The position numbers were made by a program, and so were the translations under genes. Of a DNA stretch of 64,000 nucleotides, positions 32,797-45,800 are shown piece after piece. This stretch comes from Eledone cirrhosa (taxonomy: Eukaryota): the NCBI GenBank assembly GCA_964016885.1, contig OZ024751.1:744001-808000 (forward strand), given 5' to 3'. The notes under the pieces were generated by a model. The model was not told the origin of the DNA and did no database searches. It saw only the letters and a program-made list of their open reading frames with translations. Position 1 is the stretch's first letter, and every line of letters starts with the position of its first letter.

Positions 32797-33873
32797 GCAA
32801 ATTCGATTAAATCAACCCCTGTGCATTACTGGTACTTTATTTTAATGGCCCCATAATGATGAAGGCAAAAATAATTTTGGTGAGATTTGGTCTCAGAATG
32901 TAATGGGCTGTAACTATATGTTGGAGGGCTTGTTGTCTGACACTGATTACTGCCAATCCACTGCCCTAAAATTAGAAGCCATTATTAATGCTGACTGGCC
33001 TTGTGCCAAAAATAGAAACAATTATTAATGTTGACAATTTTAGGCACAAGGCCAGCAATATACAGGGGAGAGAATTCCAATTTTATCAACTCCCAGTACT
33101 TGGTTGGTCCTTTATTTCATCAACTCCAGAAAGATGTAAAGGCAAAGCTGACCATTTGGAACTTAAAATCTGCTAGACATTTTGTCCTAATATTCTAATG
33201 ATCAGGGTCCCACCTTTGCCTGGTTCCTTATTTACTCTCTTTATGATGTATTGTATAAGGTGAAGATTGTCATCATGGATGGTCAGTTTTAGATGGCACA
33301 TATCTACGCCACCCCCACCAGACACGTGACAACAAGCATCAACCCTTTGTTAAGACTTTGGCGAAAATTTTGAACTATGCCTTTAGCAAAGTTATGGGCT
33401 TGAAGTTATCTATGAGATCCTTATTCTCAGAAATTCTCCTGTTCTGCTGTCACTTTAGGTAGACGTTTGCTAAGATGTCTCCAAACAAGTTTGATGTAAA
33501 TGTAAAGCTCATAGGGTAAACTATTAAAGATTATAATTTAAATAAGAGGCCTTTAAAATGGGAGGTTTTTTCATAGAACCGGCGGGCTGGTTTTAGCCAG
33601 GTTGGTATCAAAAAGTTTACTCCCTCATAGACACACTCCATCCTCTGATCCATAGATATGCTGTGTCCACTCTCTCACTTTAATACCATAACTACAATGG
33701 CTACTGCTCCTCAGATTTAGCAGGTTTCATGCCTCCCTAACTCAGCATTTAGACTCACCCCCACACTACTCATGTCTGACCACCCCAGGTCCTATACTTA
33801 CCATTATGCTCACTCTATCCTGTCCAGGATGTTAGCACTTCCTTTCTGCTCAAGTCAACTTGCTTTAGTTTAA

Positions 33874-34081
33874 CCCTTTAGTATTTAAACTGGCCATATC
33901 CAGCCAAAACTCTTTCACCTCATTCTCTTCAAACCGGTTGTAACTGGCCACTCATACAGATGTTAAAGTATTGTTCTCAAAATAAATAACATAAAAATCT
34001 CATAGATTCAATATTATGTGAGGTAAAATGTTTATCATGAAAATACAATAGTATATATAGAGTAATATAAATTTGAAAGGG
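33874..34081. mobile_element. piggyBac-type MITE
   Basis: TTAA|CCCTTTAG...AAAGGG|TTAA; homologous to 19374-19591. Confidence 0.85.
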
Positions 34082-34252
34082 TTAATCAGAACATCGACAG
34101 TGCCAACCTCATTAGTCCCAGAGGTCCTTTAAAGGTCACCGATACTACTCTACACCGACCTACTAATAATCAAGGATATTTAATCAATGGTTTGTTTTTT
34201 TAACATTCAATCAGGAACCCTTAGGCTTTTAAGGATTTACTTGAACCACTTA

Positions 34253-35829
34253 ACAACAGCAACATCAACATCACCAACAATGACAATAACAACAAAACAA
34301 CAACAACAGCAGCAACAATAACAACAACAGTAACAATAGCAACAATAACAACAACAACAGCAACAATAATGACAACATTCACAACAATAACAACAACAGC
34401 AACAACAACACAGTGACAACAACAACAACAGTGACAACAACAACAACAGTAACAACAACAACAGTGACAACAAAAACAACAGTGACAACAACGACAGTGA
34501 CAACAACAACAGTGACAACAACAACAGTGACAACAACAACACAGTAACAACAACAACAGTAACAACAACAACAACAACAGTGACAACTACAACAATGACA
34601 ACAACACCAGTAACAACAAGAACAACAGTAACAACAACAACAACAGTGGCAACAACAACAACAACAACAACAACGGTGACAACAACAAAATCAACAACAG
34701 TAACAACAACAACAGTAACAACAACACCAGTAACAACAACAACAGTTACAACAACAGTGACAACAACAACAGTAACAACAGTGACAACAACAACAGTAAC
34801 AACAACAACAACAACAGTGACAACAACAACAACAGTGACAACAACAACAGTAACAACAACAACAACAACAGTAACAACAACAACAGTGACAACAACAACA
34901 GTGACAACAACAACAACAGTGACAACAACAACAGTGACAACAACAACACAGTAACAACAACAACAACAGTAACAACAACAACAGTGACAACAACAACACA
35001 GTAACAACAACAACAGTAACAACAACAACAACAGTAACAACAACAACAGTGACAACAACAACAGTGACAACAACAACAGTGACAACAACAACAACAGTAA
35101 CAACAACAACAGTGACAACAACAACAGTGACAACAACAACACAGTAACAACAACAACAACAGTGACAACAACAACACAGTAACAACAACAACAACAGTAA
35201 CAACAACACCAGTAACAACAACAACAGTAACAACAACAACAACAGTGACAACAACAACAACAGTGACAACAACAACAGTAACAACAACAACAACAACAGT
35301 AACAACAACAACAGTGACAACAACAACAGTGACAACAACAACAACATTGACAACAACAACAGTGACAACAACAACACAGTAACAACAACAACAACAGTAA
35401 CAACAACAACAGTGACAACAACAACACAGTAACAACAACAACAGTAACAACAACAACAACAGTAACAACAACAACAGTGACAACAACAACAGTGACAACA
35501 ACAACAACAGTAACAACAACAACAGTGACAACAACAACACAGTAACAACAACAACAACAGTGACAACAACAACACAGTAACAACAACAACAACAGTAACA
35601 ACAACACCAGTAACAACAACAACAGTAACAACAACAACAACAACAGTGACAACAACAACAGTGACAACAACAACAGTGACAACAACAACAACAACAACAA
35701 CACAGTAACAACAACAACAACAGTGACAACAACAACACAGTAACAACAACAACAACAACAACAGTAACAACAACAACAGTGACAACAACAACACAGTAAC
35801 AACAACAACAACAACAGTGACAACAACAA
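34253..35829. repeat. Cryptic (ACA)n array punctuated by GTA/GTG, about 1.6 kb
   Basis: Units of GTR(ACA)3-7, with occasional CA insertions. Confidence 0.95.
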
Positions 35830-35910
35830 AGTGTTGATTGTTTAAAAGTAAGGCCACTACGGAACCCCTGTAGTGGAGTTTCCTGTTACTGGAAACATTT
35901 CAATTTGTCA

Positions 35911-36455
35911 TCTATATATATAAAACAGAGGATGTCTGTCTGTGTGTCTGTGAGTACCCAACCGATTTTTTTCAAACTTTACATGTGTATTACTTATATT
36001 TCAGGGAGTGTTATGATCTTTTTTTGGGTCCCCTAGGTGAAAAACTGCGTTTTTTCAGCTTTTTAGGTTTTTTTTGAGGCATTACGTCAGACCAATGTTC
36101 TTGAAATTGTAACTTCTTCATACCGTGAGCAAAGAAAATCCAACTTTAGGTGAAAAACTTCATATTTTCAGCTTCATTTTTGAGGTGTTACGTCTAGCCG
36201 ATTTTCCCGTAATTTCAAGGCATATTATGCACATAAAAAAAATTCATTTTCTTGATCCCCTAGGGCCCGCATTAGGTGAAAACCTACATTTTCCCTGCTT
36301 CATCGAGGAACATCTTAAAGATTATCCAGCCATCAGAGTATTCGGTTTATTTTCTTTACATATTGTTAAGGGATGCAGTTTTTCCACGATTAGGTCTATT
36401 GGCGGCCCGCGTTCCAAAATACCTTATCCCGTGCAACACCGGGTACCACTGCTAG
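35911..36455 (+). mobile_element. Non-autonomous Helitron
   Basis: A|TCTATATATATAAAA 5' end, CCCGTGCAACACCGGG hairpin, CTAG|T 3' end, no TSD. Confidence 0.88.
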
Positions 36456-36494
36456 TTCTCTTATAGGATTCCAGAACAAATTGTATTTAGGGAA

Positions 36495-36890
36495 ATATAC
36501 ACACATATATATATATACTCATGCATACACTTATATACACACATACACACACTTATATATACAGATACGCACACACACATATATATATATACACATACAT
36601 ACACTTATATACATACATGCACACACATATACATATACACACATTTATACAAACATATTCATATATATACACATATTTATATACACATACACACATATAT
36701 ACATATACACACATACACACCCATACACACATACATACACACACACATATATATAGACATACATACACATGCACACATATATATATATACACATATATAC
36801 ACATACATACACATGCGCACACATACATACACATATACACATATACTCATATATACATACATATACATATATACAAATATACACATGCAT
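36495..36890. repeat. AC/AT compound microsatellite
   Basis: Visible directly. Confidence 0.9.
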
Positions 36891-36891
36891 A

Positions 36892-37399
36892 GGAGGATGC
36901 TTCAAAAGGTTAATGGAAAAAGGACAGTTGTAAAAAACATCAGTTATAATGTTTATTTTTCAACATATGCTCCATCTAAGTCAATACACTTCTGTAAGTA
37001 TTGGTACCAGTCTTTAAATCCATCTGTGTAAAGCTGAGTGCCATGTGATTTAAACTATGTGGATTATCTTCAACTTCATCTCTTCCACTTATAAAATGAC
37101 ATCCATTTGTAGGATGTTGATATCTTTGGGGTATGCCTCATAAACTTGCTCCAGAGAGTCAATGATTTGGCTGCCCATCCACCCTAGCTTCACCATGAAT
37201 CTGTTGTTTTGATGGAGGCCATGTTGCTCGAGCGGGTGTTGTCTTCCGACTGGTGGCGTCACGCTGCAACATGCCTTTAAGGCTTCATGTTAAAACATGT
37301 TATGACACCTTAGTATGAGAACGTATCGGTGCATTGGGATCAAAATCCCTGCATATGATTTTTAGCTATGTAATTCCACGAACCTTTTGAAGCTCCCTC

Positions 37400-37400
<1 letters not shown>
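36892..37400. mobile_element. Internally deleted mariner-like element
   Basis: TA|GGAGGATGCTTCAAAAGGTTAATGGAA versus TTCCACGAACCTTTTGAAGCTCCCTCG|TA, i.e. imperfect ~27-bp TIRs. Confidence 0.8.
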
Positions 37401-37456
<56 letters not shown>

Positions 37457-37790
37457 CACACACACATATACACACATACATACATATAGATGCATACACA
37501 TATACACACATACATACACATATGCATACATACATATACACATATACATACACAGATACATACACACATATATATATACACACACATATATATATACACA
37601 TACATACTCATAAACTCATACACACATACATATACAAACAAATATACACACACATACATACACACATACATATATATGCACTTACTCATACATACACATA
37701 CACTTATACATAGACATTTACACATACAAATACATACACACATACATACATAGTCAGAGATACATGCACACACTAACAAATATGCGCAGC
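37401..37790. repeat. (TA)n plus AC/AT compound microsatellite
   Basis: Visible directly. Confidence 0.9.
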
Positions 37791-38070
37791 CTGTTTCAAG
37801 CACACATTTAGGAAGGGCATCCAGCTGTAGAAACCAAACGAAAATTAGTTCTGTATAAACAAGACATGATCACCTGATCTGGCCTATCTCACAACAGGAC
37901 AACTCGTCTAACCCATGCTAACGTGGAAAAATGGATGCTCTAAACACTAAGCCATGTGCCTTCACGTACACACATAAGCTACTAAATTTGTTGATAGCAA
38001 ACTGTCTGAAACCACACTTGCTTCTATGATGCTGAGCTGTTTATTCTAAAAGGTTTATGTTTAAATTTAA

Positions 38071-38631
38071 CCCTTTAACATTTACATTACTCTATTTATA
38101 CTATTATATTTACTATCACCAAGGGCGGTGGATTGGCAGTATCGGTAGAGGGTCGGACGCCATGCTTTCCAGCATAATTACGACCCTTTACGATCTGAGT
38201 TCAAATCCCGCCGAGGTTGACTTTGCCTTTCATCCTTACGGGGTCGATAAAATAAAGTACCAGTAATGCACTGGGTAATTGCTGGTCTTGTGCCAAAAGT
38301 AGAAACAATTATATTTACTATCATATTTCCAGCATAGTTACGTCCCTTTACGATCTGAGTTCAAATCCCGCCGAGGTTGACTTTGCCTTTCATCCTTACG
38401 GGGTCGATAAAATAAAGTACCAGTAATGCACTGGGTAATTGCTGGCCTTGTGCCTAAAGTAGAGACAATTATATTTACTATCATATTTTTGTGGTAAAGG
38501 TTTTACCTCACATAATTATCCCACATAATATCGAATTTATGAGATTTTGATATTGTTTATTTTGAGAACAATACTTTAACATCAGTGTGAGAAAATTCTG
38601 GCTGGATATGGCTGGTTTAAATGCTAAAGGG
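38071..38631. mobile_element. piggyBac-type MITE (opposite orientation) containing a SINE with a 160-bp tandem duplication
   Basis: TTAA|CCCTTTAACATTTA...TAAATGCTAAAGGG|TTAA. The SINE starts at about 38123, and CGATCTGAGT occurs at 38191 and 38351. Confidence 0.85.
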
Positions 38632-38654
38632 TTAAACCTTCCATTATAATTTTA

Positions 38655-39523
38655 CTAGCCTACGTACCCAGCTTCGCCCGGGTAAACAGATGATAAGAGA
38701 AGACAGGTAAAAGAGAAAATAACTGTATTGGATGTTTGTCTGGTTACAGTATGAGGCGAGTCCGTGGTGTCTGTGTGATACAAAAAACAGTAAAAAAAAT
38801 CTTCCAGATATACCAGATTCTTCGTCGAACCGTTTGTGCATAGTATTTGAACAATTCTAGGTGCCCCCACCTAGAATAGTGAGCTTTAGGAGATGGTTCA
38901 TCTTCTGCCTGACTGTAAAACGGGTATCATTGCATAGACGTGGTTAATCCACGTTTCTCAAAAGGATGATGAAAGTTCCAATCTTTTATATCATATGTAG
39001 ATATAGATATAGATAACCATGATTATAAAAGATGTCAGTCAATGTAAAAAAAGGTCCCTATTTTCTCCCTTCACAACTCTGTGTATGTTAGACTGATAGA
39101 CAGGCACACAGACAGATAAACTGCGTGGCGATTGTGGGATGCCGCAGGTACACACACGCATGGAAAGGCGCACACGCACACATCACACATGTTGATAGTT
39201 TTTACTTTCTGTGGAACGCTGCACGCACGCACACACACATAAACATACGCGCACGTACATACACACGCACACATGTTAATAGTTATTGCTTTCCTTCCTC
39301 TCTTATTTCCACACACATCACACAAACACATGTCTTTACACTGACACATATACATAGTGTTCACTTTGCCTCTCTCTCCCCCCTCACTCCCTCATTGGCA
39401 TTATGCATATTAATTTAAGTTTGACGTCATTGAGGTGGGAGGAGTCGTTTAAAACCTACGAAACAATGATAATCGAGAATTAAGACACACAGAGTAATGA
39501 CATTGTTGAAATTAATATATAGA
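38655..39523 (-). mobile_element. Non-autonomous Helitron
   Basis: On the minus strand: A|TCTATATATTAA..., CCCGGGCGAAGCTGGG hairpin, CTAG|T. The 5' end could alternatively lie near 39013. Confidence 0.75.
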
Positions 39524-39793
39524 TGTAAGAACCTTTAACTTATCTTCCAGACGACGACAGTTACATTACTGAATCTCTACAAATTCCCGATTATTTTCAG
39601 AAATATTTATAAATAATAGGGATTGTATTTCATTAGAGATATTTCAAAGAAGTGAATTAGGTCAGTTAGTTAGTTGACTGTGGTACATCAGAATATATAG
39701 GGTAAATATAATGAACATAACAAAGCAAATGACTTACATATCACTTTGGAGAAATTAATTACATCATTCGAACAATAATGTTGGTACAATAAT

Positions 39794-39848
39794 TGTTGCA
39801 ACTTTTGGCACGAGGCCAGCAATTATCCAAGTGTAGAACTGGTACTTT
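39794..39848 (-). mobile_element. Short 3' fragment of SINE family 1 with flanking duplication
   Basis: TTGGCACGAGGCCAGCAATTA..CTGGTACTTT flanked by AATAATGTTGGTA on both sides. Confidence 0.65.
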
Positions 39849-42800
39849 AATAATGTTGGTATATTAATGTTGCTATACTAGTGTTGGTATATTAATGTTG
39901 GTATATTAGTGTTGGTATATTAATGTTGGTATATTAGTGTTGGTATATTAGTGTTGGTATATTAATGTGGGTATATTAAGGCTGGTATATTAATTCTGGT
40001 ATATTAGGGTTGGAATATTAATGTATGTATATTAGTGTTGGTATATTAGTGTTGGTATATTAATGTTGGTATATTAATGTTGGTATATTAATGTTGGTAT
40101 ATTAGTTTTGGTATATTAGTGTTGGTATATTAATGTTGGTATATTAATGTTGGTATATTAATGTTGTTATATTAGTGTTGGTATATTAGTGTTGGTATAT
40201 TAGTGTTGGTATATTAGTGTTGGTATATTAATGTTGGTATATTAGTGTTGGTATATGAGTGTTGGTATATTACTGTTTGTATATTAGTGTTGTTTTAATA
40301 ATATTAGTATATTAATGTTGGTATATTAGTGTTGGTATATTAATAATGGTATGTTAGTGTTGGTATATTAATGTTGTTATATTAGTGTTGATATATAATT
40401 GTTGGTATATTAATGTTGGTATATTAGTGTTGGTATATTAGTGTTGTTTTAATAATATTTGTATATTAATGTTGTATATTAGTGTTGGTATATTAATTTG
40501 GGTATATTAGTGTTGGTTTATTAATATTGGTATATTAATGTGGGTATATTAGTGTTGGTATATATGTGTTGTTTTAATAATATTGGTATATTAGTGTTGG
40601 TATATTAATGTTGTTAGATTAGTGTCGGTATATTAGTGATGGTATATTAATGTTCGTATATTACTGTTGGTATATTGTTGCTATATTAGTGTTGGTATAT
40701 TAGTGTTGGTATATTAGTGTTGCTATATTAATCTTGGTATATTAATGTTGGTATATTAATGTTGCTATATTAATTTTGCTATATTAATGTTGGTATATTA
40801 GTGTTGGTATATTAATGTTGGTATATTTATATTGGTATATTCGTGTTGGTATATTAGTGTTGGTATATTAATGTTGGTATATTAATGTTGGTATATTAGT
40901 GTTGGTATATTAATGTTGGTATATTAGTGTTGTTTTAATAACGTTGGTATATTAATGTTGGTATATTAGTGTTGGTATATTAATGTTGGTATATTAGTGT
41001 TGGTATAATAGTGTTGGTATATTAATGTTGGTATATTAGTGTTGTTTTAATAATATTGGTATATGAATGTTGGTATATTAGTGTTGGCATATTAATGTTG
41101 GTATATTAATGCAGGTATAATAGTGTTGGTATATTAAAGTTAGTATATTAATTGTTTCTACTATTGGCACAAGGCCAGAAAATTACCCAGTACATTACTG
41201 GTACTTTATTTTATCGACCCCGTAAGGATGAAAGGCAAAGTTAACCTCGGCGGGATTTGAACTCAGAATGGCAAGGGCCGTAACTCTATGCGTCAAAGCA
41301 TGGCGTCCGAACCTCTACCGATACTGCCAATCCACCGCCAAAGTTAGTATATTAATGTTGGTATATTAGTGTTGATATAACAATGTTGCTATATTAGTGT
41401 TGTTTTAATAATATTGGTATATTAATGTTGGTATATTAGTGTTGGGATATTAATGTTGGTATATTAATGTTGGTATATTAGTGTTGGTATATAAAAGTTG
41501 GTATATTAATGTTGGTATATTAATGTTGGTATAATAGTGTTGGTATATTAGTGTTGGGATATTAATGTTGGTATATTAATGTTGGTATATTAGTGTTGGT
41601 ATGTTAATGTAGGTATATTAGTGTTGGTATATTAATGTTGGTATATTAATCTTGGTATATTAGTGATGGTATATTAATGTTGTTTTAATAATATTGGTAT
41701 ATGAGTGTTGGTATATTAATGTTGGTATATTAGTGTTGGTATATTAATGTTGGTATATTTGTGTTGGTATATTAGTGTTGTTTTAATAATATTGGTATAT
41801 TAGTGTTGGTATATTAGTGTTGGTATATTAATTTTGGTATATTAATGTTTGTATATTAGTGTTGTTTTAATAATATTGGGGTACTGATTTTGGTATATTA
41901 ATGTTGCTGTATTAGTGTTGCTATATTATTGTTGGTATATTAATGTTGGTATAATAGTGTTGTTTTAATAATATTTGTATATTAATGTTGGTATATTAGT
42001 GTTAGTATATTAGTGTTGGTATATTATTGTCGGTATATTAATGTTGGTATAGTAGTGTTGGTAAATTAATGTTTGTATATTAGTGTTGTTTTAATAATAT
42101 TGGTGTATTGATTTTGGTATATTAATGTTGCTATATTATTGTTGCTATATTATTGTCAGTATATTAATATTTGTATATTAATGTTGGTATATTAGTGTTG
42201 GTATATTAATGTTGGTATATTAGTGTTGGTATAGTGTTGGTATACTAATGTTGGTATATTAATGTTGTTTTAATAATATTGGTATATTAATGTTAGTATA
42301 TTAGTGTTGGTATATTAATGTTTGTATATTAATGTTGGTATATTAATTGGTATATTAATGTTGGTATATTAATTGGTATATTAATGTTGGTATGTTAATG
42401 TTGGTATATTAATGTTGGTATATTAGTGTTGGTATATAAGTGTTGGTATATAAGTGTTGGTATATTAATATTGTTTTAATAATATTGATATATTGATGTA
42501 GGTATAATAATGTTGGTATATTAAAGTTGGTATATTAGTGTTGTTTTAATAATATTGGTATATTAATGTTGCTATATTAGTGTTGCTATATTAATGTCGG
42601 TATATTATTGTTGGTATATTAATGTGGGTATATTAGTGTTGGTATATTAATGTGGGTATATTAGTGTTGGTATATTAATGTGGGTATATTAATGTTGGTA
42701 TATTAGTGTTGGTATATTAGAGTTGGTATATTACTGTTGGTATATTAATGTTGCTATATTAGTGTTCGTATATTAGTGTTGGTATATTAGTGTTGGTATA

Positions 42801-45800
42801 TTAGTGTTGCTATATTAGTGTTGGTATATTAATGTTGGTATATTAGTGTTGGTATATTAGTGTTGGTATATTAGTGTTGGTATATTAATGTTGGTATATT
42901 AGTTTTGGTATATTAATGTTGATATATTAGTGTTGGTATATTAATGTTGGTATATTAATGTTGTTATATTAGTGTTGGTATATTAATGTTGGTATATTAG
43001 TGTTGGTATATTAGTGTTGTTTTAATAATGTTGGTATATTAGTGTTGCTGTATTAGTGTTGTTTTAATAATATTGGTATATTAATGTTGGTATATTAATG
43101 TGGGTATATTAGTGTTGGTATATTAATGTGGGTATATTAGTGTTGGTATATTAATGTTGATATATTAGTGTTGGTATATTAGAGTTGGTATATTAGTGTT
43201 GGTATATTAATGTTGCTATATTAGTGTTGGTATATTAGTGTTGGTATATTAGTGTTGGTATATTAGTGTTGGTATATTAATGTTGCTATATTAGTGTTGG
43301 TATATTAATGTTGGTATATTAGTGTTGGTATATTAGTGTTGTTTTAATAATGTTGGTATATTAGTGTTGGTATATTAGTGTTGTTTTAATAATATTGGTA
43401 TATTAATGTTGGTATATTAATGTTGGCATACTAATGTTGGTATATTAGTGTTGGTATATTAGAGTTGGTATATTAGTGTTGGTATATTAATGTTGCTACA
43501 TTAGTGTTGGTATATTAGTGTTGGTATATTAGTGTTGGTATAGTAGTGTTGGTATATTAATGTTGCTATATTAGTGTTGGTATATTAATGTTGGTATATT
43601 AGTGTTGGTATATTAGTGTTGGTATATTAGTGTTGGTATATTAATGTTGGTATATTAGTTTTGGTATATTAATGTTGGTATATTAGTGTCGGTATATTAA
43701 TGTTCGTATATAAATGTTGTTATATTAGTGTTGGTATATAAATGTTGGTATATTAGTGTTGGTATATTAGTATTGGTATATTAGTGTTGGTATATTAGTG
43801 TTGGTATATTAATGTTGTTAGATTAGTGTCGGTATATTAGTGATGGTATATTAATGTTCGTATATTACTGTTGGTATATTGTTGCTATATTAGTGTTGGT
43901 ATATTAGTGTTGGTATATTAGTGTTGCTATATTAATCTTGGTATATTAATGTTGGTATATTAATGTTGCTATATTAATTTTGCTATATTAATGTTGGTAT
44001 ATTAGTGTTGGTATATTAATGTTGGTATATTTATATTGGTATATTCGTGTTGGTATATTAATGTTGGTATATTAAGGTTGGTATATTAATGTTGGTATAT
44101 TAGTGTTGGTATATTAATGTTGGTATATTAGTGTTGTTTTAATAACATTGGTATATCAATGTTGGTATATTAGTGTTGGTATATTAATGTTGGTATATTA
44201 GTGTTGGTATAATAGTGTTGGTATATTAATGTTGGTATATTAGTGTTGTTTTAATAATATTGGTATATGAATGTTGGTATATTAGTGTTGGCATATTAAT
44301 GTTGGTATATTAATGCAGGTATAATAGTGTTGGTATATTAAAGTTAGTATATTAATGTTGGTATATTAGTGTTGATATAACAATGTTGCTATATTAGTGT
44401 TGTTTTAATAATATTGGTATATTAATGTTGGTATATTAGTGTTGGGATATTAATGTTGGTATATTAATGTTGGTATATTAGTGTTGGTATATAAAAGTTG
44501 GTATATTAATGTTGGTATATTAATGTTGGTATAATAGTGTTGGTATATTAGTGTTGGTATATTAGTGTTGGTATATTAATGTAGGTATATTAGTGTTGGT
44601 ATATTAATGTAGGTATATTAGTGTTGGTATATTAATGTTGGTATATTAATCTTGGTATATTAGTGATGGTATATTAATGTTTTAATAATATTGGTATATG
44701 AGTGTTGGTATATTAATGTTGGTATATTAGTGTTGGTATATTAGTGTTGGTATATTAGTGTTGGTATATTAATTTTGGTATATTAATGTTTGTATATTAG
44801 TGTTGTTTTAATAATACTGGGGTACTGATTTTGGTATATTAATGTTGCTGTATTAGTGTTGCTATATTATTGTTGGTATATTAATGTTGGTATAATAGTG
44901 TTGTTTTAATAATATTTGTATATTAATGTTGGTATATTAGTGTTGGTATATTAGTGTTGGTATATTATTGTCGGTATATTAATGTTGGTATAGTAGTGTT
45001 GGTAAATTAATGTTTGTATATTAGTGTTGTTTTAATAATATTGGTGTATTGATTTTGGTATATTAATGTTGCTATATTATTGTTGCTATATTATTGTCAG
45101 TATATTAATATTTGTATATTAATGTTGGTATATTAGTGTTGGTATATTAATGTTGGTATATTAGTGTTGGTATAGTGTTGGTATACTAATGTTGGTATAT
45201 TAATGTTGTTTTAATAATATTGGTATATTAATGTTAGTATATTAGTGTTGGTATATTAATGTTTGTATATTAATGTTGGTATATTAATTGGTATATTAAT
45301 GTTGGTATATTAATTGGTATATTAATGTTGGTATGTTAATGTTGGTATATTAATGTTGGTATATTAGTGTTGGTATATAAGTGTTGGTATATAAGTGTTG
45401 GTATATTAATATTGTTTTAATAATATTGATATATTGATGTTGGTATAATAATGTTGGTATATTAAAGTTGGTATATTAGTGTTGTTTTAATAATATTGGT
45501 ATATTAATGTTGCTATATTAGTGTTGCTATATTAATGTCGGTATATTATTGTTGGTATATTAATGTTGGTATATTAATGTTGAAATATTAATGTTGCTAT
45601 ATTAATGTTGGAATATTGTTGGTATATTAATGTTGGTATATTAATCTTGGTATATTAGTGATGGTATATTAATGTTGTTTTAATAATATTGGTATATGAG
45701 TGTTGGTATATTAATGTTGGTATATTAGTGTTGGTATATTAATGTTGGTATATTTGTGTTGGTATATTAGTGTTGTTTTAATAATATTGGTATATTAGTG

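Noticed and set aside
34221-35857. 330-530 aa poly-Cys/Val/Leu ORFs and a mucin-like poly-Thr ORF
   Set aside because: By-products of the (ACA)n array. All frames are low-complexity, frame-breaking CA insertions recur, and there is no splice or signal context.
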